Shown piece after piece: positions 9,202 to 21,709 of a stretch of 64,000 bases of DNA. The notes beneath the pieces are model-generated. The model was not told the DNA's origin. It was given only the letters and a program-made list of their open reading frames with translations, and did not search any database. A program made the translations under genes and the position numbers. The stretch's first letter is position 1. Each line of letters opens with the position of its first letter. Source of the DNA: Mayamaea pseudoterrestris (taxonomy: Eukaryota); contig BROI01000010.1 in assembly GCA_027923505.1 (NCBI GenBank), positions 744,001-808,000 of the forward strand, written 5' to 3'.

Positions 9202-11451
9202 TCACGATTGTTCGACCGTCCACTGTACGTAGTCTAAGAGCAACGCCTGAAATTTTTTGTTGGCCAAAATTTCACGATGCTCAGCTCCTTCAATTTCGTT
9301 CACCTGCACGTTACAGGTCGGACTGGCCCAACTTCGCACATGCTGCAAGCTCCAGTAGGGCACCGTTCCATCCCCGGATCGACGGATCGTGGTTGATCCG
9401 TCCATGCAAAACGGGGTGGTTTTAGTTTCGAATATTATCCCATTCATCACTCTATGTGACGCCCTTGGCACAAGTCGGGCTGACGCATCGAGAACGTGCA
9501 ACGATGTGAGGTGATTGTTTATTAGCATGCGCGTGGCTGGTTTGTAGACTGCGCCGACTTCTGTGTCCAAATTTACGCCGTAAATGGCCTTCACGCGGCG
9601 GACGGGAGGAGCTTCCATGGAACTGACAGTTCGCGGCCCGAGCTCGTCGTTGCTGTACAAGTATCGGCATAAGGCCAACACTTGATCTAATCCTTCCGCC
9701 ATTAACAGCTCGTCACCACGTAGCGCTCGATAGTGCGACTTGCCGTCCTTGCAATATAAATCGAGGTTTTGTGCTGTTTGCAGCGAGTAATTCGCAACTG
9801 GCTGTATTAACGGTGAATATGCCGCAATGCGATCGACACTTAAATGTGGCATCCATTGTCCAGACATTGTTGTCGATGCTGTCCGCAACTCACCAAAGGA
9901 ACTGCAGGAGGCGCGTCGCTGGTATGGTTGAATATGTACGAGCACCACTTCAGCAACTGCTGCCGCATTAGTCTCAGTACTGCTGAAGAGCTTGTGTAGC
10001 GCCATCGGCGGGCTCGAGGCGAGCGTTGCGTACCCGCCAGCCGCTTCGACCGTCCGATCGGCCGTCCAGACGGTCACCTCTCTGACAGTTCCAAGTATGT
10101 CGCGGAAAATGGTGCATGGCAGGAGCAACGTGTATTGAATAAAGCAACAAATCAGCTTCAATAAAGCGCGCATTGGACAGAAACCAACGGAATAGAGTAC
10201 TCCAGCACGTAATTCTTTTTCGTTTTTGGGTAGTCCTCGTTCCTGCAAATGCAGCGCAATGATTGCAGCAGGCATACCCCCATTCTCGCCGAGTGGAACT
10301 GCAAACTGAAAGCTATCAGGAAACTCAAGAAGAAGCCCACGAGATGGTAGCATAGTGAAAGCTGCCGATAGGACCTTTTTCTTCTTCGTCTCGTTGATCG
10401 TCACTTCAATGGTCAGCCGAAATCGTGACGACGACAAGTCTCCTTCTCGTGCTTGAAGCAATACTTGACAGTCAATGGGAGACACTTTCAATTGTAATAT
10501 TCCCATTGGCCTCAAAAAGGCATTCGCTGGCGCACCTGCTGGTAGATGCCCAGGAAATAGCCAGGCTCCACTTCCAAAGGACCGACCCAGCACCAAGCCT
10601 TCCTCGTCGCTTAAAAATGCATCTAGTCCCATTTTGTCTCCTGACACCATGGCACGTAGTGCCTTTGGGGCTCCCAAGTGCGGGGCGCCGACCGGCATAT
10701 AAGTGTGAATGTATCTGTCAATCCAAGCTTGACCTCGGTGGTGCAAGCAGAAGTTGAGAAAGTAGTGTGCCGTCCTACATCCAAGAGAGTGACAAAGGAG
10801 AACAACCGGTATCTCATTATTCCTCTTGTATAGCTGTTCAACTTTGTTCATAGTGTTGGTGAAGTATCCATCGCGTCGCTCCAATTCGCTCGGAGGAAGC
10901 CGCCAATCATAAGGTGCAGCATCAATGTTGATGGATTCCTTGTAACCAATACTTTGTAGCGACGAAATAACGGGCCCGAAAACGTAGCTTAATAGGTTTG
11001 TGAAAGGTCCCGGCGTCAAGTAGTCGACCGCTTTGAGTCCCTGTAGCGGTCGAACTTTGATGCCCTCTCGCTCTGTTTGAAGGTCGCTTGAAAGGCTGAC
11101 GTGATGCACCCACCGACTCTTGCAGGCAAGTTGCGTTTGATACTCTGCATGCAATTTCTGTGAAAACCCGGTTTGAAACGATTCATTTGTAATTTCCAAC
11201 AATTGTTCATTCTGCACTAGCGCCGATCCTCCATGCAGACTCTGAAATCCGAGGGCCGAAAGGTTGATCCAGACACGCTTTCCAATCCATGAGGGATGAG
11301 CTTTCGATTCTTGAACCTCAAGAGCCGAAGACATGAAGCCTGGAATGATGAGAATCGGTAATAGCAGCTTTGTTTGTGACTGATTGAACTTATTTTGCGC
11401 TTCGATTGAATCCAAATCATCACTGAGTTTGTCGTCGTTCGTCGTCGTCAT
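9202..11451 (-). CDS. LCAT/PDAT-family acyltransferase or phospholipase
   Basis: PILIIPGFMSSAL, APYDWRL, nucleophile elbow CHSLG, GDGTVP, and EHREIL (catalytic His). Confidence 0.88.
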   Translation of the reverse strand: MTTTNDDKLSDDLDSIEAQNKFNQSQTKLLLPILIIPGFMSSALEVQESKAHPSWIGKRVWINLSALGFQSLHGGSALVQNEQLLEITNESFQTGFSQKLHAEYQTQLACKSRWVHHVSLSSDLQTEREGIKVRPLQGLKAVDYLTPGPFTNLLSYVFGPVISSLQSIGYKESINIDAAPYDWRLPPSELERRDGYFTNTMNKVEQLYKRNNEIPVVLLCHSLGCRTAHYFLNFCLHHRGQAWIDRYIHTYMPVGAPHLGAPKALRAMVSGDKMGLDAFLSDEEGLVLGRSFGSGAWLFPGHLPAGAPANAFLRPMGILQLKVSPIDCQVLLQAREGDLSSSRFRLTIEVTINETKKKKVLSAAFTMLPSRGLLLEFPDSFQFAVPLGENGGMPAAIIALHLQERGLPKNEKELRAGVLYSVGFCPMRALLKLICCFIQYTLLLPCTIFRDILGTVREVTVWTADRTVEAAGGYATLASSPPMALHKLFSSTETNAAAVAEVVLVHIQPYQRRASCSSFGELRTASTTMSGQWMPHLSVDRIAAYSPLIQPVANYSLQTAQNLDLYCKDGKSHYRALRGDELLMAEGLDQVLALCRYLYSNDELGPRTVSSMEAPPVRRVKAIYGVNLDTEVGAVYKPATRMLINNHLTSLHVLDASARLVPRASHRVMNGIIFETKTTPFCMDGSTTIRRSGDGTVPYWSLQHVRSWASPTCNVQVNEIEGAEHREILANKKFQALLLDYVQWTVEQS

Positions 11452-11761
11452 CGTTCATCGCCAGCTTCACGTTTTTGAGAAATAAATAATGTCCCAGAAT
11501 CAGCTCTACAGTCAACAAGTATCCATTAACTACTACAAGCAAGATGGTTGAAAATGGTTGGCAGGGCCTTAAGAGCTTACGAGTAGAATACCATCGACAT
11601 CGACAACAATTTTGTCTTGTGCTCACATTCGATCTTTCGCGTCCGCAGCGACAAGAACCGCTGTGACTAAGACCGGTATTCGGTCGGACCAACTACGGTA
11701 GTCGTCACTCGTCGACCATGGGAAAGAGCGACAGACGAATCCATGTATCAGAGTCTCATGA

Positions 11762-14700
11762 ATGACAAGCCAAAGCATGTGGAAGGAAGTCAGTCGACGT
11801 GGCGCTACTAGAGCAGCAGTATCGAGTCGGTTCTCTCAGCAACGACCTCAACATCTTCGTGGAAGCTTTCGAAACTTGGCGTCTGCGTCGCGCGGAAACG
11901 ACAAGAAACGACTGCACAGCAACGATTATCAGCAGCAAAATACCTCTACCTTCGAGAAAGCAGCAACAGTAATTGCCAAGGAGCGTGCTGCTACCTCCGT
12001 TATGCTGAATGATACACCAGCAGCTGCAAGCACATTTCACCCGGTCAAGGCTCGCGTCGTCTTGAACCAGTTCATGGAGTCGCTGCATGAGATACAGCAG
12101 CATCTACACCATCAATGCAAACCCTTGCCACCCGTTTGGACAGACACGACGCAGGACGATCACAAGGCTTGTCTGGAAAGCAGGAACTCGGCGCGCCAAA
12201 AAGTTAAGCGAGTCGTCCAGCAGCTTTGCGACTACACGAAAACAAAGCCTTCCGTCATTTTAAACCACTCTCACGAATTAACGACATTGCTGGGCCGCGT
12301 CCTTCAACTCTACGCACAGTCATACACGTCAGACGGTTTGTCGTACAAGGACGCTCTGCGCATTTTGCAGCTCATGACAGACTGGAACTTGGACTTGCAG
12401 CAAAGTCACTGCGATCATGCCATGGAAATTGCAGCCCGCTCCGGTCGATGGAAGGAAGCCGGAACCATTTTTTGGCACTACATTGACCCTGATCATGCCG
12501 GCTATCGGCCCTTTAACGTTAGTGTAACCCATCCAGTGGGACTGTATGAGGTGGCGCGGGCAGCACAGGAATTGAACAAGGAGCCAGTCGAAGCTATCAT
12601 GGATGCGGTCTTGAAAATGACAATGGTATCTCCATGTGACCAGGAGAAATGTACGTGAAAGTAAAACTATCCATTCGGACGTACCCACATGACTAATTCC
12701 ACATCTTGCTTTTTCGCAGATATCATGGCCGCAGGAGCTGCACTTGGTTTAGCCGGAGAGTGGAAAGCATTGGTACATTATCTGCAGGCGAGCTATAGTG
12801 AAGGTCAAATGGGCCAAGTAGGTAATACGGGCGACGCCGGGGAATATATTGATGGACTGCGACACATCCTTACATGCCCTTGTTATACCGAACGACACAG
12901 AGCCTTGTTGCTGCCGCAATGAGTGCATGCTTGCAATGCAATCGTCCTGAAGAGGCAATACGTGTGTTTGATGACTTTGTCGGGAGCGACCTGGCAATTG
13001 CCGACGAGTGGCAATGGCGCGGAGGCCAGGTTCATCGTGATCCTCGTTGCAGAAAGCTGGCAATTCAAGCCCTATCCTGTTTAGGAGGCATTGGGGCTTC
13101 CGAAGCGGCTTACAAGCTGTTTGAGCAGGCAAATGAATGTGGAGATGGAGTCGATATGGACACCCTTATCCACATTTTCAAAGCTTTTGAAAACCAAGGC
13201 CGTTGGAAGGATGCGGTATTTCTATTTTTTAACATGCTCGATACGCAACAAGCCGAGCTCCTATCTAAGGATGAAGCCGACTACCATCATACCCATCTGC
13301 TCCCTGTTCTCGAATCAGTAATAAGATGCTGCAACGGTGCTAATCAGTTCGGCTCGGCGATTTTGGCGATGCGGATACACCAGCTGGCCACGAGCCTACC
13401 ATCTCACCAGGACGATCAAGAAAATGGCACCGTCGTGCATGCCTTTGCAGAATCGATTTGCCTCGCTCCAAACAGAAGCAGCTTACTAAAAGCGGCCTTG
13501 ATGTCTCTCGCCGGACTCGGGTTGTTTGGGGAGGCTTTGAAGCTGCTTGATGTTGTCATAGGTCAATCGGCTGAAGCAGCGTCTGACGAGATTGCTGATT
13601 TTAGGAAGTTTTTGATGCAGAAATTATTGACTACCAGAGGCAATCTTTATTCTCTTTCTCCTTGGAATGGGTTATACCGCGAAATACTTTGCGTTACAGC
13701 TGGTGGACATGAACGAAAGTTCGCGGAAAACACTTTTAGAAACCCACACTTATTTTCGGTGGCGCTGGGAAACGCCATATATGCATGCAACTTGGCCTCG
13801 CAACCTGAAATGGGATTGATGCTGATTCATTGGATGCGACTTCCCATTCTTGGGCTGGCGAAGAATGAAACTTTAGTGAAGCGACTACCTGATTTAAACG
13901 AATCTTTTGTGGTTACGGATCGCTTTCTCGCCTCGCTTATGAATGCACACACGCTCATTGGTAGCGTTCATTGTGCGAATGCCCTGTACGAATCAAATGT
14001 GAAGAATGGGCGTTTTGTATTATCTGATTGGCTATCAAGTTCGACAGCTGAGATCCATGCATTGTTTGCGTTGGATCTCCAAAATGAGGCCATGGCACTC
14101 TTTCATAAAACTTTGACCGACTGCCGAAATCCCGACTTGTGTAGTATAACTGCAAGAGGACTTCTTGAGGCCAATCTGCACCAACAAGTGTATGATGTGT
14201 TTCGACTTGCTTTGACTTTTAACTGTCTTTCGGAGGACCTTGTCGTCACCTCCATGCAAGCGGTAGATGCGATATCCGGCGATCAGACAAATTTGCAATT
14301 GCAACTCATGGTCAATGAAGTGAGCCAACTTAACGGTGTTTCGGCGAAGACGTGGCTGGAATCTCATTATTGGGCACTCAAGCGGCTATTGAAACGATCC
14401 AGTTTGAACTTTCTCATGTGTTGGCGCTCAGAGACCTGGCACCTCGATGAGCTCGATTATGCGTTGACCATGCTTGAAACGAGTTCCTTCAATGGCCTTA
14501 CTCCGAACGATGAGGTGTTACGACTCATTATCAAACGAGCGCAATTATTCCATCCTGGTTATGTTTCCAAAGACAGAACTTGGATTGCTCGCGTGCCCCG
14601 AGACAGGGAAGGCTGGATTACTTTAGTTGACAGAGTCCTCCAAGAGGCGCAAAACACAGAATTAATTTCAAACGATAATTTTATAAGCGACGTATCTCGT

Positions 14701-14871
14701 GCTTACGAGGCGTTGCGTTGCGAAAAAGAGTCCGATTTGCTTGTAAGATTTGCATACATAAAAGATGTATCGGCTAACACTGATACGCGAATGCTTGTCA
14801 ACCCCGACAGTGCTGGAGTAGGTGGCGCAACTACCGGCAGGTCGGAGAACATTATAATAGATGACCCATAG
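11762..14871 (+). CDS. Large helical-repeat (PPR-like) protein, possibly mitochondrial; 3 exons
   Basis: ORFs join through GT-AG introns 12651-12719 and 12818-12900. PPR-like segments include AAMSACLQCNRPEEAIRVFD and IFKAFENQGRWKDAVFLF. Arg/Ser-rich N-terminus. Confidence 0.6.
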
Positions 14872-16681
14872 AAGATATGGCGCCGTCAAAAATTTATCAA
14901 GCAAATAATATGTAACTGAAATATCTGGCTACGCGCAACTGCAAATCGCATTTCAAACTAGATCAATATCCATCGTCGATCTGTACACCAAAGTATTCAT
15001 CGAGCATCCTGTCTATATTGCCGTTTTTGCGACGGCCATATAACGTATTTACACTTTGCGAACGCAACGTCCTTGTCTTGCAACACTCCAAGTCGCACTA
15101 GATTGATCATCTCTTTCTTTTGAAATATTTGGATCGTCAGAAGGAATGCACGAAGTCATCCTATCAACAAAATCAAAAGATTTCAAATGCACTTCCAAGT
15201 ACTAGACCGCCTTCGTTGCCTCATAAGTCTCAAGGGAATGCTGTTCCGGTACATGGTGACCACGTGGGCTGCTGGAATAATTGATAGAGTGTCGGCAGCT
15301 CTTGATTGCAGCAACATCTGCTACCAATGTTATGACGAAACTCAAGGACTGCAGTGCTGTCCTAACCCTTAGAACGGACGGATACATGTGCAGGTATGAG
15401 AGCATTTCAACTTGTTTGCAGTTAATCGCCTCATCATCCATGCAGCCTTAATTCCGCACCGACTCGTTCATAATTCTGTGATGATCCAATGCTAGCGGCC
15501 AGGCAGAAACAGCAGGCTGAAAACATGTCGACGATGTGACGGTTTTTCCTTGTGTGATATCGTCATCGCCGTGTCGTCAAATGCATGATCGCTTCCGTTG
15601 CATCATGACCGGCACGCCTCACACGTTTCATGCCGTACACCTTCCGTTCGAATGTCGCATAGACCATGATCTGGGTCTGCCTTTGAACACAGTCTCCGTA
15701 GCGGACCGCGACCTTTTGTCAATCAGGACGCGTCTGCAGCAATTGCCAAAATGCAACGCCTTCTTCGTTCCGTCTTAGTGGCGGCCAGTGCGACGACGCC
15801 CAAACTGGCTTCAGAGCAGGAGTAGCGACGTCTTTGTCGTCCACAAATCGTGCGTTTCAATGTACCTAGCATTGTCGACCCGAGTTTAGAACTGAGGCGT
15901 CCGAGTTGCAATTGCGATGCACGATCCGACCCTCAATCAGCGTCCTCAAGATGCCAGGAAACTTCTTATAAGTGACGAAATACATTATATAGATAAATGG
16001 CTGAGTATTCATTTCGCGTCAATCATTGATGAACATTCCCATGCCACTATTCCCATCTTTGCGTCTCACATCGCAGCCAAATTTGTCCCAACGATTTTCC
16101 AAAAGAAAGTAGACCATACTTTCGAATCACTAGAATGTGCAATAATTTGAAACGTTTATGGCATAGTGATGCGCATGTCTGCCCTTTTTGTTCAATGAAA
16201 GGGTTGTTCTACTTGCATCGGCCCTCGCAATCGCAACTACGGCTGCCATCTGCCATCTGCCATGAGCCACGGCAAGTCAGAGGTGAGAGGAAATAGGAAA
16301 CCCAATATCCCAATCGATTCAAGATTGCGCAAAATGCGATGTGTTCTGCCATGTAACATGGCTACCGGTAGTACCATGATAAGGCTGCCATTTTGCGGTG
16401 GGTCGCTTATCGTGAGATGTGGTGCCTGCGGCGCCAATTTCGTCAGAAATTGGAAATTGAAAACACGAGCCAAATGCCTGTCAAAAACGTCAACGTTAAG
16501 TCACGAAACGCACCTCAGTTCAGCTGGTAAACTTGTTCGGGTCTTTTAGTTAGTCCTGGTCCGACATCGATTGATGGTTCCGTTTCGTTCGAGTACGGAC
16601 GAAATAATCTCTCATCGCCGACCCACTCCGGCAGAGGAGCAACAAGTTTCGCATGCAGTCACCATACGAAGTCCATCAACC

Positions 16682-18918
16682 ATGAGCACTATCCATCAAT
16701 TTCTGCAGAACCATAAGGCAACTCGCGTCCGCGGACGTTCCGGAAAGGTTGAGATTGCAGACGAAGCGGCGCATCCAAGCAAGCGCAAGATCACGTCGTC
16801 CATTGTACTTCAAGGGAGGCAGGACTTTGACATTTTTGATTTGAATGCTCGTGCGATTGTTTTGTACGAGAAAGGAGATTTCAAGCTCGCTTTTAATGCA
16901 TTTCAGCAGGCTGTTGCGATGCGTAATAATAACTTTATAGCCGATTTGACTACGGCAGCAGCGGAATTGGCATGCATGTCTCCTCCACCGACAACCTCCT
17001 ACATTTACCAGCGCGTTGACTTTGATGAAGGCATGAAAGTTTACGAAAAGACACAACCTATTCAACGAGATGATCATCTGACTGCAATGGAGGCAACTCT
17101 TTTATTCAATGCAGGCCAGGCGAAGCGGCGATTGGAGGATTTTGCGCAAGCTTGGCACTACTATAGACTTGCGATTGGAATATTGCTTCCACTGACTGTT
17201 AAGCAAGGTAATTATATTTATCTCCCTCCAACTGTGCGGACGATTCATGCGATTGTCATTCCTTTATTGCATAATTTAGGACAGCTTGCGTATCGTGAAG
17301 GCAATCTTACGCAGGCGATGGAACTTTATGAGTCGGCGCTGGTTCATGCGAAGGCAATAGAGGGCAACAAGGATTTTTCTGTTGGTACTACGCTTAATTG
17401 TATCGGTGTTTTATACTATCATCAATCATCTAACGAATCGCTCCGAGCTAAGGCTTGCTTTAAGGACGCTTTGGAAATTCTGAAAGCAACTTGCGGTGAA
17501 GAGTCTAAAGCAGTAGCTACGACGCTCAACAACTTTGGTCGTGTCATGGTGCAGCAAGAGGACTTCGACACGGCATTGAAGCACTATGAGCATGCACTAG
17601 ACATTCGCCGCCGAACGCTTGGCGTAGACGACATTGATTACGCCGCCACGGCATTTAACGCTGGTCAAAGCTTGCACCAACGAGGCATGTTCGATAACGC
17701 TCTAGTGCTTTATCGAGAGTTTTTGCGCGTCGCACTTGACAAACTTTCCAAGGATCATCGCGATATTGCCGTCGTTCTGAGCGCGATTGCACAGATCTTG
17801 CAGGAGAAGAAAGAATACGTTGAAGCTTTGGAGCTTTATCGCGAGAGCTTGCGTGTCGGTCGGGCTGCCCTTGGTAGCGAGCACGCCGAAGTTGCTATGC
17901 TTTTGAATCGTCTTGGAAATTTCTACTTTGAACGCGAAGAATTCGGCAGTGCCTTGGAAGCGTACAAGGAAGGATTAGTCATTGAACGGAAGGTGGTACG
18001 TCTATACCAGGCTATTTAGGTGAAAGGTGCGTGTGCTTTCTATTGTCACCAACCACTTTGCCCTTTTCATCATCACAGCTGGACAGCGGCCATCCAAATG
18101 TTATCGTCACGTTGTCAAACATTGCAGAGATACAACGACAGAAGGGAAAGTACGCCAAGGCCATTCGCTATTATCGCGAAGCTATGGATTTGATGACGGA
18201 ACGATACGGACCTTCGAGCAGCGAAGTTGCTGGCGCTCTCAACGTGATTGGCTTGATCCATGATCAAATGGGACTGCCTGTACATGCTTTAAGGTATATG
18301 CAAGAAGCGCTGGTGATGCGCCGCAGCGTTTTGGGGGACAATCATTTAGAAGTCGGCAATACTCTTACTGGTTTGGGAACCATATTTTACCGTCGCTCCA
18401 TGATTTCCACGGCCCTGCAGCTCTTTACCGAGTCTTACCGCATTCGCTTTACACATTTGGGGCCAGACGACCGAGACACTTCCTTTACGTTGTACAATGT
18501 TGGACTCTGTCATCAGCTAACTGGTAATACCACGTCAGCGATTGCATGCTTTTGTGAAACGCTTCGTGTTGAGAAGCTGGTGCTTGGTCATAAGCACAAG
18601 GACATTTCTTTGACTTTGTACAAACTCGGAGAGGTCTACAATGCGGATGGGGATTTGGACAAAGCGTTGTCCTGCTTTAAAGACGCGTTAGAGATAGAAC
18701 GCAATTTGCTCAGCAAGGAGGACCCGGCAAATGTTGCACGAACGATGAACGAGATTGGAAATATTCACTTGGCACGAAACGAAATCATTGAGATGATGGA
18801 AGCCTTTACGGAATCGGCTCGCCTTTTCCGTGAAGCAGGTATGTCAATTCACACTGTTACTGTCACTGGGCTAAGAATACATGCCGCTGAATTCACACCT
18901 GCTGCGGCTTCCGCCTAA
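16682..18918 (+). CDS. Tetratricopeptide-repeat protein (kinesin-light-chain/TPR_12-like repeats); 2 exons
   Basis: Many ~42-aa TPR units (e.g. VATTLNNFGRVMVQQEDFDTALKHYEHALDIRRRTLG). Intron 17996-18078 joins the two ORFs. Start uncertain: 16574 or 16682. Confidence 0.85.
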
Positions 18919-19020
18919 TTTTGAAATTCTGCAATTGCTAATCAGCTATGTACACACTAATGAGTCGGTCATTCCATGCTTGTCTTCTAGTTAACTTGTA
19001 TACTACGAGTATATCTCGTG

Positions 19021-21186
19021 CTAATCAATGATAAATTGGCGCAGTGAGACACCTTCACACAACCTGGTGCGAAGAACACGAAACAGCGATGTAGCAACTT
19101 TCCTATCCCGAACGATGTCCTTCAAAGGGTCGATGGTCTCGTCATCTGGCGACATACTAAGGAAGATATAGCGTCGATGACTATTTAGTGCCGTGGCAGC
19201 CAACTGACGCGAAGTGTCGGGCTTGGCTAAATAACATTTCCGACCCATCGTGTCAACAAAAATGACGCGGTGCCAAGAAACACTATGTAAGACAGTTAGC
19301 TGCTTGGTTTGCCGACAGGCTTGCGAGGAGTCCCGCCTTTGCAACCACCCTTCGCCGTCGCCACGAGTCTGGTTGACAACATGTCCGCATTCATCGATGG
19401 AATAGCTCACATCCGCCGCTTTCAATGCGTCAAATGTCGTCAAAACTACCCCATACTTCGTCAACTTGGTGGCAGTCGAAATGCTTTTGCGTTGCCTGAC
19501 CGGTAATGTGAGAAAATCTAGCACTGAGAATGGTGAACCTTCGCGAAAAGTTGAGCTCCATGCGGCAACTGTCGCCTTATCTCGTACAACAACAAGCGTC
19601 TGCCCCTGTAATGACATCGTGGTCATAGAACACTGCGATTCTGAGCGGCTTTGGGAGGGAAGCATTGGCAGACTTAGCAGCAACAGCTTTAAAGCCACAT
19701 CCGGGACATGTTTTTCCATTACAGAAATGACAACAGCTCGGGCAACTTCGTCAACATTCAAATCGCGGCGATGAAGCTTCTCAAAGACGTTGTCAAGGCG
19801 CCGGCCATGGCTGCCCTCAAAAACAGCAAGCGGATCGGGGAATGTGCGCGGAGCCGCTGATCTGTTTGTGGTCGTTTCCAGTGCCTTATAGTGATAGATG
19901 ACTCCAGTCTTGAGTATCACATCGTGTAGGGACGATTCGTTTAAAAGGTGCCTATCTTTCCGCGACGAGTCCCAGCACGTCTCTTTCAGTGTTTCGTGTG
20001 CCGAGGCTTCGGAAGTGCTGCTGTTGGTGTCTGACTGATGGTCGCAGCTATCATGGAGAGGCACCATGGGCACATCACTGTCCGAGTAATTGGCACCCGA
20101 AAGCGTGCCTCTGGGGCTGATTGGGGACAGCGATGCTGCAAAAATGTTGCCTTTTATTGGAGACATTTTTCGCAAAGGGCTTCCATAAGAAAGATCATCA
20201 CTTGGTGAAGTGCCGTGGGAATCGCCGCCAGTTCTTATCCTACTCTGGTCAGCGCCACGCTTCCCACTCATGGATGCCATACGTTTTCGGTGAACAGCGG
20301 CTGGCAAATTCTGAACTAGTTGAGCCCTTGTTTCTTCGACGGATGTTGTCGAGGAGTATAAAGAGTCTGATCGCTCGACGAAACTGCCGGAGAACCGGAC
20401 GTAAGACGCTGGGGTTTTTGGGGATGCGATTTGAAGTTTGACTGGCGGCGAGAATAAGATCATCGACCGGTCGTGTACATTTTCGAGCCTCGTTTCGTCA
20501 GCGTTCATTCCAACACCTTGTTCACTGTCACTGTTCAATTGAGCCGCATCTCCTGACTGACTCGTAAAAGCCTTTTCGCTATTACTGCTGTCATCGTCGT
20601 TGACGTTCATAACCATTCCACGAGGACCCAAGCGAGATAATAGGTTCATGACGCGTTGCTGCTCCATTAGTTTCACCGATGTTGACTGTGAGCGATAGTC
20701 ATTAAAATGGTCTGGATATCTAGCTCGGCCTTGGTCGATCCATTGCGTGTGTTTCGATGCATACTTTTGACGGTAAAACGCTTCATTTGGCCCCATTGCC
20801 CGATTTCGAGCTTGTTCACCCAAAGGGCGGCACGGAAGAGAGTCCTCTGTAATCGATCGAGTAAGCTGAAGGGTTTGCGGCACCGTTACGCTGCAATTGT
20901 CTTCATTGCCATCGAAAGCTGTTTCGCTCGTCGACTTATCCATTATCACGCTATTGCTTCGTCCAACTGTTTTCATACTGCCTTTCTGTTCAATACTCAT
21001 AGCTTGAAGTGCTTCTTCCAGCATTGTCCCCGACAATGTTGTATCATTCATAAAATCAGTGGGATCTTCGCCGCATGCATGACTCATTATGGTGTTGTTG
21101 AATTGTTGCTGTTGCTGTCCGCTAAGGGTTGTGTCGCGAGCCTTCATGAATGACTCGCCTGATTCGACATTAATCAATGTCGGCAT
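19021..21186 (-). CDS. Low-complexity protein with a degenerate SNF2-ATPase-like C-terminal fragment
   Basis: ATG 21186 (MPTLIN). C-terminal GQTLVVV..., YGVVLTTFDAL and LHSVSWHRVIFVD resemble SNF2_N motifs, but Walker A and DEAH are absent. Confidence 0.55.
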   Translation of the reverse strand: MPTLINVESGESFMKARDTTLSGQQQQQFNNTIMSHACGEDPTDFMNDTTLSGTMLEEALQAMSIEQKGSMKTVGRSNSVIMDKSTSETAFDGNEDNCSVTVPQTLQLTRSITEDSLPCRPLGEQARNRAMGPNEAFYRQKYASKHTQWIDQGRARYPDHFNDYRSQSTSVKLMEQQRVMNLLSRLGPRGMVMNVNDDDSSNSEKAFTSQSGDAAQLNSDSEQGVGMNADETRLENVHDRSMILFSPPVKLQIASPKTPASYVRFSGSFVERSDSLYSSTTSVEETRAQLVQNLPAAVHRKRMASMSGKRGADQSRIRTGGDSHGTSPSDDLSYGSPLRKMSPIKGNIFAASLSPISPRGTLSGANYSDSDVPMVPLHDSCDHQSDTNSSTSEASAHETLKETCWDSSRKDRHLLNESSLHDVILKTGVIYHYKALETTTNRSAAPRTFPDPLAVFEGSHGRRLDNVFEKLHRRDLNVDEVARAVVISVMEKHVPDVALKLLLLSLPMLPSQSRSESQCSMTTMSLQGQTLVVVRDKATVAAWSSTFREGSPFSVLDFLTLPVRQRKSISTATKLTKYGVVLTTFDALKAADVSYSIDECGHVVNQTRGDGEGWLQRRDSSQACRQTKQLTVLHSVSWHRVIFVDTMGRKCYLAKPDTSRQLAATALNSHRRYIFLSMSPDDETIDPLKDIVRDRKVATSLFRVLRTRLCEGVSLRQFIID

Positions 21187-21335
21187 GTTTTTAGAGCTGT
21201 AAAGTATCAATAGAAGTGCGAGCCCGAACAGTACAAAACTCAATTGTATTTATAAGTGATCGTTGGAATGAAGATGGTCCATGGTCAGTGTCGCCGGCGT
21301 CGGGTTTATTCCCCATGCGTTCTGGTACGATTTCG

Positions 21336-21709
21336 TGACGCAGTTTTCACTGGTACTTTGTTTCACAATATTGCCTTGTGACGCAGTTTTCACTAGCACT
21401 CGTTTCACGATACTGCCTCATGACGTAATTGACACTGGCACTCGTTTCACAGAATTGCCTTGTGACGTAGTTTTCATCGGCTTTTGTTTCACAGTATTGC
21501 CTTGTGACGTAGTTTTCACTGGCACTCGTTTCACAAGCCTGTGTCGAAGTTTTCACTGGCAGTCGTTTTACAGTATTGCCTAGTGACGTAGTTTTCACTG
21601 GCACTCGTTTTTCAATATTGCCTCGTCGCGCAGTTTTCACTGGCACTTGTTTCGCAATATTGCCTCATGACGCAGTTTTCACTGGCACTTGTTTCACAGT
21701 ATTGCCTTA
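21336..21709. repeat. Minisatellite, 9 tandem copies of a ~42-bp unit
   Basis: Consensus TGACGYAGTTTTCACTGGCACTYGTTTCACARTATTGCCTYR. Unit starts at 21336, 21379, 21421, 21463, 21505, ~21544, 21584, 21626, 21668. Confidence 0.95.

Noticed and set aside
14900..16150. Short ORF fragments, possibly a decayed gene
   Set aside because: No recognisable motifs or consistent splice model; I cannot support a call.
16242..16263. (CTGCCAT)x3 short tandem repeat
   Set aside because: A trivial microsatellite-scale repeat with no further support.
21336..21709. Possible CRISPR array or 14-aa coding repeat
   Set aside because: Units are contiguous with no unique spacers and no cas genes in a eukaryotic context. 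Indels that are not multiples of 3 break the overlapping ORFs.
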